Origin: a virus
Lineage: Duplodnaviria; Caudoviricetes
Reading direction: 5' to 3' (one strand)
Virus record (IMG/VR): IMGVR_UViG_3300025098_000052
Span: 1-56,035 of that record
Length of the DNA stretch: 56,035 bases
The notes under the pieces: model-generated
Database searches by the model: none
Told to the model about the DNA's origin: nothing
Seen by the model: the letters and a program-made list of their open reading frames with translations, nothing else
Translations under genes and position numbers: made by a program
Part shown: in pieces, positions 8,743-17,069 of the stretch
How positions within the stretch are numbered: position 1 is the stretch's first letter
How the letters are laid out: every line of letters starts with the position of its first letter

Positions 8743-10864
8743 TACCACTAAACCCTTGTTCACCTGGAGCAGGAGCTACACCTGTACCTATGTTACCTCC
8801 ACCTGCACCTGTTTGATCTTGTGCGTCTGCACCTGCAGGGGCTTGCTCTGGCTGTGGTGCACCTTCTTCTGTAGGAACAGGTGCTTGAGGTGCTTGAGGC
8901 GGTGGTTGAAATGCTTTCATTATCTCAGCTTGTATTGCTGCATCTGCCATAGAGTTTGTAACTTTATCAGGGTCTAGATCCATGCTCTTAGCGATCTCTC
9001 GTACAATGTAATCCATCTTAGCAAAAGGTGCTAACATTGGGTTAGAAGCTACCTGTAAGAATTGCATCAAGCGTTGGCTACGTACTTCGTTAGCCATGAG
9101 GCTTTCAGTACCGTTAGCTTTTACTTCTAAGTCACCACGTATACCTTCATCAAAGTCAAACTGCATGTTGAATGCAAAGAATGCCCTACCTATAGGAGCA
9201 ATAAGATAATCATCTACGTTCTTTACAACAGTCCTAATACTACCGTTGGCAGCAGACATAAGCATACTAATACCAGAAGCAGTACGGCCCACACCTGTAA
9301 CGCCTGTTTGACCATGAGCGAAAGATGGAAAACCAGTTGATTCATCTGCTAATACCCTTGCCTTATCAAATAGCTGCATGTTTTCACCTGCAACGTTTGG
9401 AAACTTAGTGCCAAAGATAGCTTGACCAGGTGCACCGCCTTGTCTGCGAAAGACTTTGCCAGGATATACTGACATATCTTGACCTGGAACTAGGTTAGTT
9501 TCGTCTATCTCAATAAGAAGATTACCAGATAATACAGCATTGTCAACAGCCATTCGCATGAAACCGTTCATCAATGTTTGTGTATCATCCATATTTTCAG
9601 CAATACCTACACCAAAGAAGCTGTATGGGTTATGCTCATAAGGTACTGCATAGTAAGGTATACGTGCAGGTTTGAATGGATTAAGTACACAACGAATTAC
9701 TTTACCGTTTACTACCCAAAGGTTAGCACTTAATTCATCTAACTCTTTCATATCAGCAGGAATGTTGATACCGTTCTCTTCTAGAATATCTGTATCTACG
9801 TAACCCCAGAACTCTAGAACTTGCCAACGCTCAGTATCTGAAGGAGCAGTATCATCATCCTCCATCTTCATTTCCCAATGCTTACGCACATAGTCTGGTC
9901 CTGAGTCTATTGCATTCTCAATAGCTTCATCAATAAAGTAAGGTCTACCTTTCAATGCACGTAACTGATTACGAGACATCTTGTGTCTTTCAATTACGTA
10001 CTCAGCATCATCCATAGAAGAAGCTACAGGGTCAGGGTAGAAGTTCCACACACTTACATGATTAGTAGATGGTACAGTTTTAATAAGAGGATCATACTCA
10101 CCTTCATCATTCCAATTGGGATACTCTTTATCTACAGCGAATGGTCCTTTCATTACACCTGTGCCTAGCAATGCCATCTCGAATGCCATGCTTCGTAAAT
10201 GTTTAGATGCGCCACTCTCTTGTAACTGATCGTGTATTTTCTTTTCCATCTTTTTAGATGCAATCATTGCAGGATGGAATGTAGCTGTAGCAGGTGTTGT
10301 ACCATCACCTTCGATTATCTTTTCGGATACAGGTGCAACTTTATCTTCAACTGGACCTAGCCTACGTCTAAGCTCAGTCATAGTTTCACCTGGCTTTAAC
10401 TCAGTGTCTGGTCCTATGAGGTAAGGCTTTGTAGTTTCTTTTGTAAAAGAATCACGCAGTATTCCTGTAGCTTGTTCAGCATTGGGATCAATATTAATAT
10501 GAACAGCATCAGCTACCCCATCAGGTAAAACAGATGGGTTGATTGTAAGTGGAAACTTATTGTTACCAAACAATACATCTACAATTTGTCCGTATGCTGC
10601 TAAGGTTTTAGTCTTAGTAACCTTAACAAATACTTTTGACTTTTCAGTAGAAGTAAACTGTACATCTGGTCCGTACACACCACGATAGTTTCTGTAGGCT
10701 CTTAGCCACCGTTCTTCATCAGCGTTACGAGCATCTTCTGCACGTTTGAATCGGTCATTAACAAATGTAACTACATTGCTTACATTATCAAAAAGTGTAT
10801 CTTCTTGCTTCTCTGCAGCAATAACATCATCTGTTTCAAATGCTAGATCATCTATTTCAGCCAT
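8732..10864 (-). CDS. Portal protein
   Basis: 710 aa after TerL; GTGVMKGP, WNFYPDP, FFGVGI.ENM, RTASGISML. Confidence 0.9.
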   Translation of the reverse strand: MAEIDDLAFETDDVIAAEKQEDTLFDNVSNVVTFVNDRFKRAEDARNADEERWLRAYRNYRGVYGPDVQFTSTEKSKVFVKVTKTKTLAAYGQIVDVLFGNNKFPLTINPSVLPDGVADAVHINIDPNAEQATGILRDSFTKETTKPYLIGPDTELKPGETMTELRRRLGPVEDKVAPVSEKIIEGDGTTPATATFHPAMIASKKMEKKIHDQLQESGASKHLRSMAFEMALLGTGVMKGPFAVDKEYPNWNDEGEYDPLIKTVPSTNHVSVWNFYPDPVASSMDDAEYVIERHKMSRNQLRALKGRPYFIDEAIENAIDSGPDYVRKHWEMKMEDDDTAPSDTERWQVLEFWGYVDTDILEENGINIPADMKELDELSANLWVVNGKVIRCVLNPFKPARIPYYAVPYEHNPYSFFGVGIAENMDDTQTLMNGFMRMAVDNAVLSGNLLIEIDETNLVPGQDMSVYPGKVFRRQGGAPGQAIFGTKFPNVAGENMQLFDKARVLADESTGFPSFAHGQTGVTGVGRTASGISMLMSAANGSIRTVVKNVDDYLIAPIGRAFFAFNMQFDFDEGIRGDLEVKANGTESLMANEVRSQRLMQFLQVASNPMLAPFAKMDYIVREIAKSMDLDPDKVTNSMADAAIQAEIMKAFQPPPQAPQAPVPTEEGAPQPEQAPAGADAQDQTGAGGGNIGTGVAPAPGEQGFSGNVA

Positions 10865-10868
10865 TTAT

Positions 10869-12458
10869 TTAGTATCCAAAAGTTGAGTCTGACATCTGAA
10901 AGCCAGAGCGTTGTGTTGCAGGGTTGTAATCCCATATAGAACTTCTAGGTCTGGTCATTATACCATAACGTAGAGCGTCATACAAGTGATCTTCAGCGTG
11001 GGTGTCTACGTCTTCAGGGTTCTTCTTGTCTAGCGGAATCGCAGGGATTTGCGCTATTGTATTCGTGCAGGTGGAAAAGAACACAAGCCTTGGCTCTTCA
11101 GTGAACTCGTCCACCTGCAACCTACGGTGTATCTCGTTCTTACCTGCAACCCTAGAGCCACGAGAGCGATCTGATGGACGCCAACGGCAACCCTTCATGT
11201 TCATTTGCTCTGCAAGTGATGGGCCAGTATCACCTCTTTTATGCCAGAGGGATGAATCTAGTACACCGTATCTTATAGTACCATCTTCAGCCTCTGCCTC
11301 TAGTATCATATCTGCTAGATCAGTAGCTGTAACTTTAGAACAATATAGCTCTCTGTAAACAACCAGTTGTTCACTTGGTGATACAGCGAACCAGAGTACT
11401 CCAGTGTAGGAACCGTAACCATAGTCGCAAGCTCTAAACTTAGCCCATCCACTAGGTATGTCGATAGGTTCCACAACGTGTATGCTTCTGTTAAATTCAG
11501 GAAATGCTGCCCCTTCGTTAATATCCCAGTTACCTTCTAGTAACTGCTTTCTTTGGTGCTCAGGCAATGATAGTAGCATTGCTTCGTAGTCACCACTGTC
11601 TGCTAGGTATGGATTGTCAAACAAACTAGCAGGTATAAACCTACGCCTAAATAAGGGTTCACCTTCACGGCTATGCCCTTTAGGGAATCTTATAGTGTCA
11701 CCAGTTTCAATGTTCGTTGCCCAAAAAGGATCATTGGCAGGGGCAGGATCAATAAACATTTTCTTGACCCACTGGTGTCCGTTACCTCCAGGGTTAGTAG
11801 TTCCTCGCATATACAAACCTAGCTGAGAACTAAACGCTGAACGAAGTCGTGACCTCATGTAATCCCAAGCGTAAGGTGTAGGCCACTGTGTAAGTTCGTC
11901 AAAGCCAATCCAGTTAAACGCTTGTCCTTGGTATCGTGTAACGTCCATGTCTTTATCTAAGTAAGACATCCACAGTCTACCACCTCTAGGTGCAATCCAC
12001 TGTGACTTACGTTCACTCCACTTGATACCAGGAATAGCTTTAGGGTAAAGTTCTTGACTCTTCTGTATGAGTTCCCTAAGTTCTTCTGTAGTATGTCGGA
12101 CAAGTAGACCACTAAAGTTTGGATCGTTCAAACCGTGAAGTGGGTCAGCAAGCATCGCAAAACTCTTACCACCACCTGCTGCCCCACCATACAAGACTTC
12201 CCTTTCAGATGCGGATAAGAAGCTTGTCTGTGGTCCTGGGTTTGGTTTAAACACTACTTCTTGAGCAATGTCAACGTCAAACTCAGGCGCTTTTACTTCG
12301 GCTGCTACAACTTGTAGTTCAGGCTCTGGCTTCGCTTGACTTGTTTGTGTAGGCTCCAATACATTCTTCTTCGAGCTTTTGGATCTCTTGTAGCGTTTCT
12401 TGGAGCCTTTTGGCAAGCTTGCGTTTAATTGTAGCTGCTTTCTTACGTTTTCGCTCAA
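10869..12458 (-). CDS. terL: Terminase large subunit (start uncertain: TTG 12458 or TTG 12359)
   Basis: Walker A GGAAGGGKS, Walker B IGFDE, motif III TTNPG, nuclease DYG and DHLYDALRY. Confidence 0.93.
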   Translation of the reverse strand: MSENVRKQLQLNASLPKGSKKRYKRSKSSKKNVLEPTQTSQAKPEPELQVVAAEVKAPEFDVDIAQEVVFKPNPGPQTSFLSASEREVLYGGAAGGGKSFAMLADPLHGLNDPNFSGLLVRHTTEELRELIQKSQELYPKAIPGIKWSERKSQWIAPRGGRLWMSYLDKDMDVTRYQGQAFNWIGFDELTQWPTPYAWDYMRSRLRSAFSSQLGLYMRGTTNPGGNGHQWVKKMFIDPAPANDPFWATNIETGDTIRFPKGHSREGEPLFRRRFIPASLFDNPYLADSGDYEAMLLSLPEHQRKQLLEGNWDINEGAAFPEFNRSIHVVEPIDIPSGWAKFRACDYGYGSYTGVLWFAVSPSEQLVVYRELYCSKVTATDLADMILEAEAEDGTIRYGVLDSSLWHKRGDTGPSLAEQMNMKGCRWRPSDRSRGSRVAGKNEIHRRLQVDEFTEEPRLVFFSTCTNTIAQIPAIPLDKKNPEDVDTHAEDHLYDALRYGIMTRPRSSIWDYNPATQRSGFQMSDSTFGY

Positions 12459-12744
12459 TGTCTACCCTTTTCTTTAGCCCTGCGTCAGATATGTATCTAC
12501 CTGTTTGTTTTGTTAGCCACAGTGCTACTTCTCTATAAGAGTACTGCATGAGATGTTTCTTTGCAAGTTCTAAGGCTTCTAGCTCTGTAATGATAGGCTG
12601 AAGTATCTTATCGTTGTCTGGGTCAACTTCGTAACCAAACGGTATTGTTCTAGTTACTCTAGCTATTACGTGCCAGTCTCTTTCTGCACCCTTGTGAGGT
12701 CTAGGTAGTTCCCAATATCCAAGGGATTCACGGTTTACACTTAT
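12319..12744 (-). CDS. HTH-like packaging-region protein, ~141 aa, longer than the ORF track shows (putative ATA start)
   Basis: Frame stays open 65 codons upstream of ATG 12549 (..RTIPFGYEVDP..) back to ATA 12744, which overlaps the TerS stop; SD AAGGA upstream. Confidence 0.6.
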   Translation of the reverse strand: MSVNRESLGYWELPRPHKGAERDWHVIARVTRTIPFGYEVDPDNDKILQPIITELEALELAKKHLMQYSYREVALWLTKQTGRYISDAGLKKRVDIERKRKKAATIKRKLAKRLQETLQEIQKLEEECIGAYTNKSSEARA

Positions 12745-13112
12745 TCGTTTGTTCCTTCTTTAGATGGTAGTATAAATACGCCACCGCTAGATGACGATAC
12801 GTCTACTCTATCTACCTTACCAAGTCCTGCTCTGTCAAGCAAGTCTTTTGCTGCAGACATCTTATCTCGTATGCCTAGCTCTGTTGGATCACTCAATGCA
12901 CCCACCATAGCCATTGCAGCTTTAGGCGCTGTACGTGCAAAGTAGCTACGAGTACGATCACCTATCTCATCTTTCAACGACTCAACAATGGCGGTAGTAC
13001 TAGACTGTTCACCATAGCCTGATAGCCTCTTAGCTTTTACAACATCTCCCCCTGCTTCTTCAAACAAGACTTCAAGGAACTTCTGTTGTTTCTCTGTTAG
13101 GTTTCTAGCCAT
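12741..13112 (-). CDS. Terminase small subunit-like
   Basis: LTEKQQKFL...AKRLSGY HTH-like start; AAKDLLDRAG; upstream of TerL. Confidence 0.6.
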   Translation of the reverse strand: MARNLTEKQQKFLEVLFEEAGGDVVKAKRLSGYGEQSSTTAIVESLKDEIGDRTRSYFARTAPKAAMAMVGALSDPTELGIRDKMSAAKDLLDRAGLGKVDRVDVSSSSGGVFILPSKEGTNE

Positions 13113-13571
13113 TTATGTCACCATGTAAAGTATTAACCCTAGCATACCTGCTCCAGTTAGTATTATTAATATTGAGAGAGTCCAAGTTACAATTGCTTCT
13201 TGTATCTCTGCTTTACGATACTCTTGCTCTTTCTTCTTCTTACGTATCTTACCTTCAGTAGCTACAAGCTCATCCCAAGCAGATGGCCCCATACTAAAAC
13301 TAATCCAGTCTTTTAGCTCTTTTCTCATTGCTTCAGCTTTTCGTTTAGCTGTGAATATCTCTAGAGCTTCTGCTTCAACAGAACCCCCATTCAGTGCTTT
13401 CCACCAAGGAGGGTTCTTGTTTTTCTGTTCAGCGTAGGACAGATCACTCATGCAACCTGCCCATTGGGTCAACTGTCCTGACATATCTTGTAGGTCTTTA
13501 CCTACCTGAAAGCCTTTCTTCAACGCATTGAAAGCTACGGTTGCACCACCGATAATTGTTACTGGATCCAC
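13113..13571 (-). CDS. Hypothetical protein with C-terminal TM helix
   Basis: GTG start with very strong GGAGGAGG RBS; hydrophobic C-terminus. Confidence 0.75.
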   Translation of the reverse strand: MDPVTIIGGATVAFNALKKGFQVGKDLQDMSGQLTQWAGCMSDLSYAEQKNKNPPWWKALNGGSVEAEALEIFTAKRKAEAMRKELKDWISFSMGPSAWDELVATEGKIRKKKKEQEYRKAEIQEAIVTWTLSILIILTGAGMLGLILYMVT

Positions 13572-13622
13572 GAGCCTCCTCCAAAAGTACTCCTAGTATC
13601 ATTAAAGAACTGATTGTGTTTT

Positions 13623-13787
13623 TCAAAGAGCCTTACCTGATAGTATAGCCCTTTCTATATCACATCTACCAATACCTAAGTCTCGTAGTTCTCTGTCAGT
13701 CATATTGTAAAGTTGCAAACGTGCAATCTTACGTCTAGCTGATTCTGCCCTTGCTTCTACTATTCTGTTAAATAATTGTTTAAACAT
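13623..13787 (-). CDS. DUF1127 (YjiS/CcaF1-like) small protein, 54 aa; not in the ORF track
   Basis: Hand translation MFKQLFNRIVEARAESARRKIARLQLYNMTDRELRDLGIGRCDIERAILSGKAL; L..MTDRELRDLGI.R.DI signature; RBS AGGAG. Confidence 0.85.
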   Translation of the reverse strand: MFKQLFNRIVEARAESARRKIARLQLYNMTDRELRDLGIGRCDIERAILSGKAL

Positions 13788-13824
13788 TTTATGCTCCTAT
13801 GTTAACCCAACCTTTTTGGGTATA

Positions 13825-13834
13825 CATAGTTATA
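13825..13834 (-). promoter_or_regulatory. TATAACTATG promoter element upstream of the DUF1127 gene
   Basis: Exact match to the recurring element; no TTGACA at the expected -35 position. Confidence 0.5.
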
Positions 13835-13876
13835 CATAAATAATGTTAGGTTAGTAGAGACAATACGGAATAGCCG

Positions 13877-14233
13877 TTATGCTTTTCCTTTGACTTTCTT
13901 AACCATCTTAGTAGTCCAAGCTTCATTCTCTGGTGTATCAGGATCATCTTTGATGTAGTGGCCCTTATCGTTACGAGCACGTACCGCTACTTCTTCCATC
14001 TCTTCATCTTGTACAACAGGCGCTGCTTTCTTTGTTGCTTTCTTTTTAGCTGCAGGTTTAGCTTCTTGCTGTCTGCACAACTCAGTTACGTTAGGATCTT
14101 TGCATTGCACATTGCCGTAGGCATCTTCTGCTGCTGCTTGGTTTCCCATAGAGTCACGAACACACCCACTTTCTTCTACAATGTATCCGTTAGCTTCTAA
14201 TACATCTCTGTACTGTTCATAAAATTTTGCCAT
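13877..14233 (-). CDS. Hypothetical protein
   Basis: RAR..KG.Y..DDP.TP.NEAW motif; coupled to the upstream gene. Confidence 0.75.
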   Translation of the reverse strand: MAKFYEQYRDVLEANGYIVEESGCVRDSMGNQAAAEDAYGNVQCKDPNVTELCRQQEAKPAAKKKATKKAAPVVQDEEMEEVAVRARNDKGHYIKDDPDTPENEAWTTKMVKKVKGKA

Positions 14234-14532
14234 TACTTACTCTTTTTAATTGGACGTGCTGCAGGTGCTAAGAAACCACCTCTTGAGTAGCCCTTCTTTT
14301 TCATCATAGCACCGCCATTAGCCATGCCCTTTTTCTTTTTCTTAGGCATACCACCCTTGTTCATCTTACCTTTACCGTCAGCAGCATAGAACGGAACCAT
14401 ACTTCCATCTTTACCTTTGACCATCTTCAAGCCACCTTTAGCCATGCCTTTTTTCTTCATATTAGCACCGCCCATTGAGTAGCCCTTTTTCTTCATGCCG
14501 CCCTTAGCGTAACCCTTCTTCTTCATCTTCAT
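14233..14532 (-). CDS. Highly basic Lys/Gly/Met-rich repeat protein
   Basis: Repeated KKKG[YM]xxGG units. Confidence 0.75.
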   Translation of the reverse strand: MKMKKKGYAKGGMKKKGYSMGGANMKKKGMAKGGLKMVKGKDGSMVPFYAADGKGKMNKGGMPKKKKKGMANGGAMMKKKGYSRGGFLAPAARPIKKSK

Positions 14533-15209
14533 TATTCTTCCTCACTGTATAAGTTGTTAAACACTCGTTGCGTATCCCATACATAGTCTACGTCTTCTTT
14601 TGAATTATATATGTTTTGGTTTGGTCTAAAGTCTGGTGCACCTTCTCCTGTTTCAAACCATGCAGGGTGAGTTACTCTCACTCTATTATTGGGCAACGCA
14701 ACCATGTTACCTGTGTACTCACCTGCATCTAACAACTCCAGTACGTGTGACTGTTTATGTTGTGCAGGATCATCAGCTACTTCGTTATCTGTGTAGTCTA
14801 CCGTAAAGTAATACTTGGCAGGGTAGAACTCACCATCTACTTTTGCTATCCAAGGAGCAGGACTTGCCCTCTCTAATTTGTAAACTGAATGCGTATGAGA
14901 CATACAATCCCAAGGCTGTGCCATATATGGTGGTAACTCTTGAGGCCACTCATCTAATGGCGTATCAGCTACAAGTGCAGTCAAAGGCATCCTAGCCCAC
15001 ATTGCACCACCGTGTACATTAGCTGAGTCATCAAAATCTGACTCACATCCAGTAAATATAACTTGAAAGCTTAACGTTCTGTTTGGCATGGTGGTTACAC
15101 CTATGACCATACAATGTAAAAACTCTCCGTGATATTCTTCTAAGTTCTTCGTGTATTCTCTACGTACCCACGCTTTGAAGTACGGTATACTGCTAGTAAG
15201 AAACGACAT
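14532..15209 (-). CDS. Conserved marine-phage hypothetical protein
   Basis: 225 aa, globular; WARMP, WDC, YFTVDY, QHKQSH, LPNNR motifs. Confidence 0.8.
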   Translation of the reverse strand: MSFLTSSIPYFKAWVRREYTKNLEEYHGEFLHCMVIGVTTMPNRTLSFQVIFTGCESDFDDSANVHGGAMWARMPLTALVADTPLDEWPQELPPYMAQPWDCMSHTHSVYKLERASPAPWIAKVDGEFYPAKYYFTVDYTDNEVADDPAQHKQSHVLELLDAGEYTGNMVALPNNRVRVTHPAWFETGEGAPDFRPNQNIYNSKEDVDYVWDTQRVFNNLYSEEE

Positions 15210-15544
15210 TACTTTCCTTTCGGTTTAACACCTCGCTTCTTCATACTAACAGCTATTGCAGCTTGTTGTCTAGGACTTTTAGCAATACCACCTTTGTTGG
15301 CTCTAAATTGTCTAGTCTTCTCTGCGACTTTCTTAGGTTGAGATACATGCTGCTTACCTGACGCCTTGCCTTTTCGTTTAGCTCTGGTTGTAGCGGCATA
15401 CTCACTGCTGCTAAGAGACTTAATAGCCTTAGAAGGGAGGTAACGTTCACCAGTAGCATTACTGCCTTGCGTAGAGTTTTTACCACTCTTGGTACGCCAC
15501 TTCTGGTCACCCCACTTCTTTAAAGACTTCTGTGGTGCTTTCAT
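15209..15544 (-). CDS. Basic hypothetical protein
   Basis: SLKKW.DQKWRT...GERYLP motif; Lys/Arg-rich. Confidence 0.7.
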   Translation of the reverse strand: MKAPQKSLKKWGDQKWRTKSGKNSTQGSNATGERYLPSKAIKSLSSSEYAATTRAKRKGKASGKQHVSQPKKVAEKTRQFRANKGGIAKSPRQQAAIAVSMKKRGVKPKGK

Positions 15545-15548
15545 CTAC

Positions 15549-15623
15549 TTAACAACAGTCACATTCTGGGTGACACTTACGATTGATAATCGCACACCAC
15601 AATCTTTTTATGTACCTTCTCAT
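15549..15623 (-). CDS. Cys-rich 24-aa microprotein; not in the ORF track
   Basis: MRRYIKRLWCAIINRKCHPECDCC; ATGA overlap with the upstream stop; fills the gap between two genes. Confidence 0.55.
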   Translation of the reverse strand: MRRYIKRLWCAIINRKCHPECDCC

Positions 15624-15805
15624 GCTTTGTATCCTCCACCTTTTGCTTTATATTGTTTGGCAAGCATCTGCGCTTTACGTGCTGACCACTGTCCAGGGCT
15701 TCCACCTTTACCACCCGATTTGATTTGGTTGAATAAGTTCTTACGCATTGTCGGTTTGGTATAATTACCTGCAGCATTAACTTTACTCTTTGCTTTCTTT
15801 ACCAT
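15620..15805 (-). CDS. Small basic protein (DUF5872-like)
   Basis: YTKPTMRK...GGKGG.PGQWSARKAQML...Y.AKGGGY. Confidence 0.7.
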   Translation of the reverse strand: MVKKAKSKVNAAGNYTKPTMRKNLFNQIKSGGKGGSPGQWSARKAQMLAKQYKAKGGGYKA

Positions 15806-16083
15806 GCCTTACAACTCCAATACCTTGCAGTAAATTTATCTGTAGCTGTATCACAATTGTGTCTAGCCCGAAAGCTTTTGCGTCTTCCAGGCTGATCTTT
15901 CTTGATACTCATATTAGGGTCACCGAAACGAACTACCTTTACTTCGTCACCCTTCTTAGCTAGTACAGCACTCTTCTTAGCTGCACCTGGTGTCTTCTTA
16001 GGTTTGTTGTACCCTGGGTAAGTTTCACCACGGTACTTTAACTTACCACTGGGTAGACGTTCTACATCTTTAGTTGTTGCCAT
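15799..16083 (-). CDS. Small basic conserved phage protein
   Basis: VRFGD..M.IKK..P.RRKSFRARH.C......ARYWSC motif. Confidence 0.75.
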   Translation of the reverse strand: MATTKDVERLPSGKLKYRGETYPGYNKPKKTPGAAKKSAVLAKKGDEVKVVRFGDPNMSIKKDQPGRRKSFRARHNCDTATDKFTARYWSCKAW

Positions 16084-16084
16084 A

Positions 16085-16444
16085 TTACATAGGGTCCATC
16101 ATGTTCATGTGGTCACGGTTCATAAACTTCATAGTGTTCTCTAACAAAGCCAGTCTTTGCTGTAAGGCAGTGATCTTGCTTATCGTAAGAGCCAAGCTTT
16201 CTTGTTCTTCCCATAGCTCTTCTATCTCAGCAAATGCACCATCAATGTAATCCATGTTGTCTAAGACATCACGCTTAAGATTAACACTATCCTCTACAGC
16301 CATCTTACTAGCAAACTGTTCTACTGTCTCTTCAAGGCTCGATATAGTGGCAGCTTGTTGCGATACCCACCATACACCTCCTGCTAGTTGCATACCCATT
16401 GCAGCTACAAGGGCTACTGGTAGTTTTAAGTTATCCATACTCAC
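16085..16444 (-). CDS. Membrane-anchored coiled-coil protein
   Basis: N-terminal hydrophobic segment followed by a heptad pattern. Confidence 0.65.
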   Translation of the reverse strand: MSMDNLKLPVALVAAMGMQLAGGVWWVSQQAATISSLEETVEQFASKMAVEDSVNLKRDVLDNMDYIDGAFAEIEELWEEQESLALTISKITALQQRLALLENTMKFMNRDHMNMMDPM

Positions 16445-16688
16445 GTTCCCTGTCTGGATCTAGTACTTCATACCTGGTTAACATACCTTCAAGATACATG
16501 GCACGTTCTACATGGTCTAAGGTATACCACTCACCAGTACGGTTATGTATTGCTTCTCTAACGTAAAACACATCCGACTTAGGAATGTGTACCTTCCGTA
16601 TAGCACGAGCATCATTATTAGCTAACGCATCGTAGAAGTCATGTAGTACATCTTCGGATGCGTATAGTTTTACTGGTTTGTTTGGCAT
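16431..16688 (-). CDS. Hypothetical protein, first gene of the late arm
   Basis: HIP.SDVFY.REAI motif; ATG 16688. Confidence 0.65.
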   Translation of the reverse strand: MPNKPVKLYASEDVLHDFYDALANNDARAIRKVHIPKSDVFYVREAIHNRTGEWYTLDHVERAMYLEGMLTRYEVLDPDREREYG

Positions 16689-16718
16689 TGTCAAGGAAAA
16701 CTTTAAATAAGTTACAAA

Positions 16719-16816
16719 TACGTGTGTAGACTACCAAGCCTAAGTACAAACTACATAGAGGAGGGAGGAGGAGACACGCTGTGGTTTAACTTACACACAG
16801 ATAATCTACACACGTA
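16719..16816 (-). ncRNA. Candidate anti-SD (cuckoo-like) hairpin RNA
   Basis: 17-bp basal stem UACGUGUGUAGAUUAUC/GGUAGUCUACACACGUA with G-U pairs only on the - strand; upper stems; loop contains CUCCUCCUCCCUCCUC. Confidence 0.6.
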
Positions 16817-16860
16817 GTTACAAAAGTTGTATAGTTATTATAATGTTTGTAACTAATGTA

Positions 16861-16890
16861 AGTATAACATTAATGTTTTTACAGTGTCAA
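16861..16890 (-). promoter_or_regulatory. Sigma70-like promoter upstream of the hairpin RNA
   Basis: TTGACA-N18-TATACT. Confidence 0.55.
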
Positions 16891-17018
16891 TAGAAATACA
16901 GATAATTATTACTACTTTCTTATCGTTACTAGTATAGGGGAGTAGATACTCTATGTATTACATTAATGTTTAGATGACTTATGTTCAACTACTCTTATAT
17001 TGTTTTAACATTAATGTT
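16866..17018. repeat. Three palindromic ACATTAATGT boxes
   Basis: At 16867-16876, 16960-16969 and 17008-17017. Confidence 0.8.
16919..16940 (-). repeat. 22-bp element, inverted copy of 21057-21078
   Basis: CCCCTATACTAGTAACGATAAG on - strand, perfect match. Confidence 0.9.
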
Positions 17019-17037
17019 TAACATACCCCCTTACCCC

Positions 17038-17069
17038 CATAGTTATAGTCACAGTCAAGGGTCTGTCAA
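17038..17069 (-). promoter_or_regulatory. Leftward (late-arm) promoter
   Basis: TTGACA-N16-TATAACTATG. Confidence 0.65.

Noticed and set aside
13574-13582. CCTCCTCC just downstream of the DUF1127 gene as a cuckoo RNA
   Set aside because: It is on the opposite strand and is simply the GGAGGAGG RBS of the next gene
16758-16790. GAGGAGGGAGGAGGAG as a plus-strand RBS
   Set aside because: It is followed only by GTG-GTT-TAA, and the stem's wobble pairs favour a minus-strand RNA
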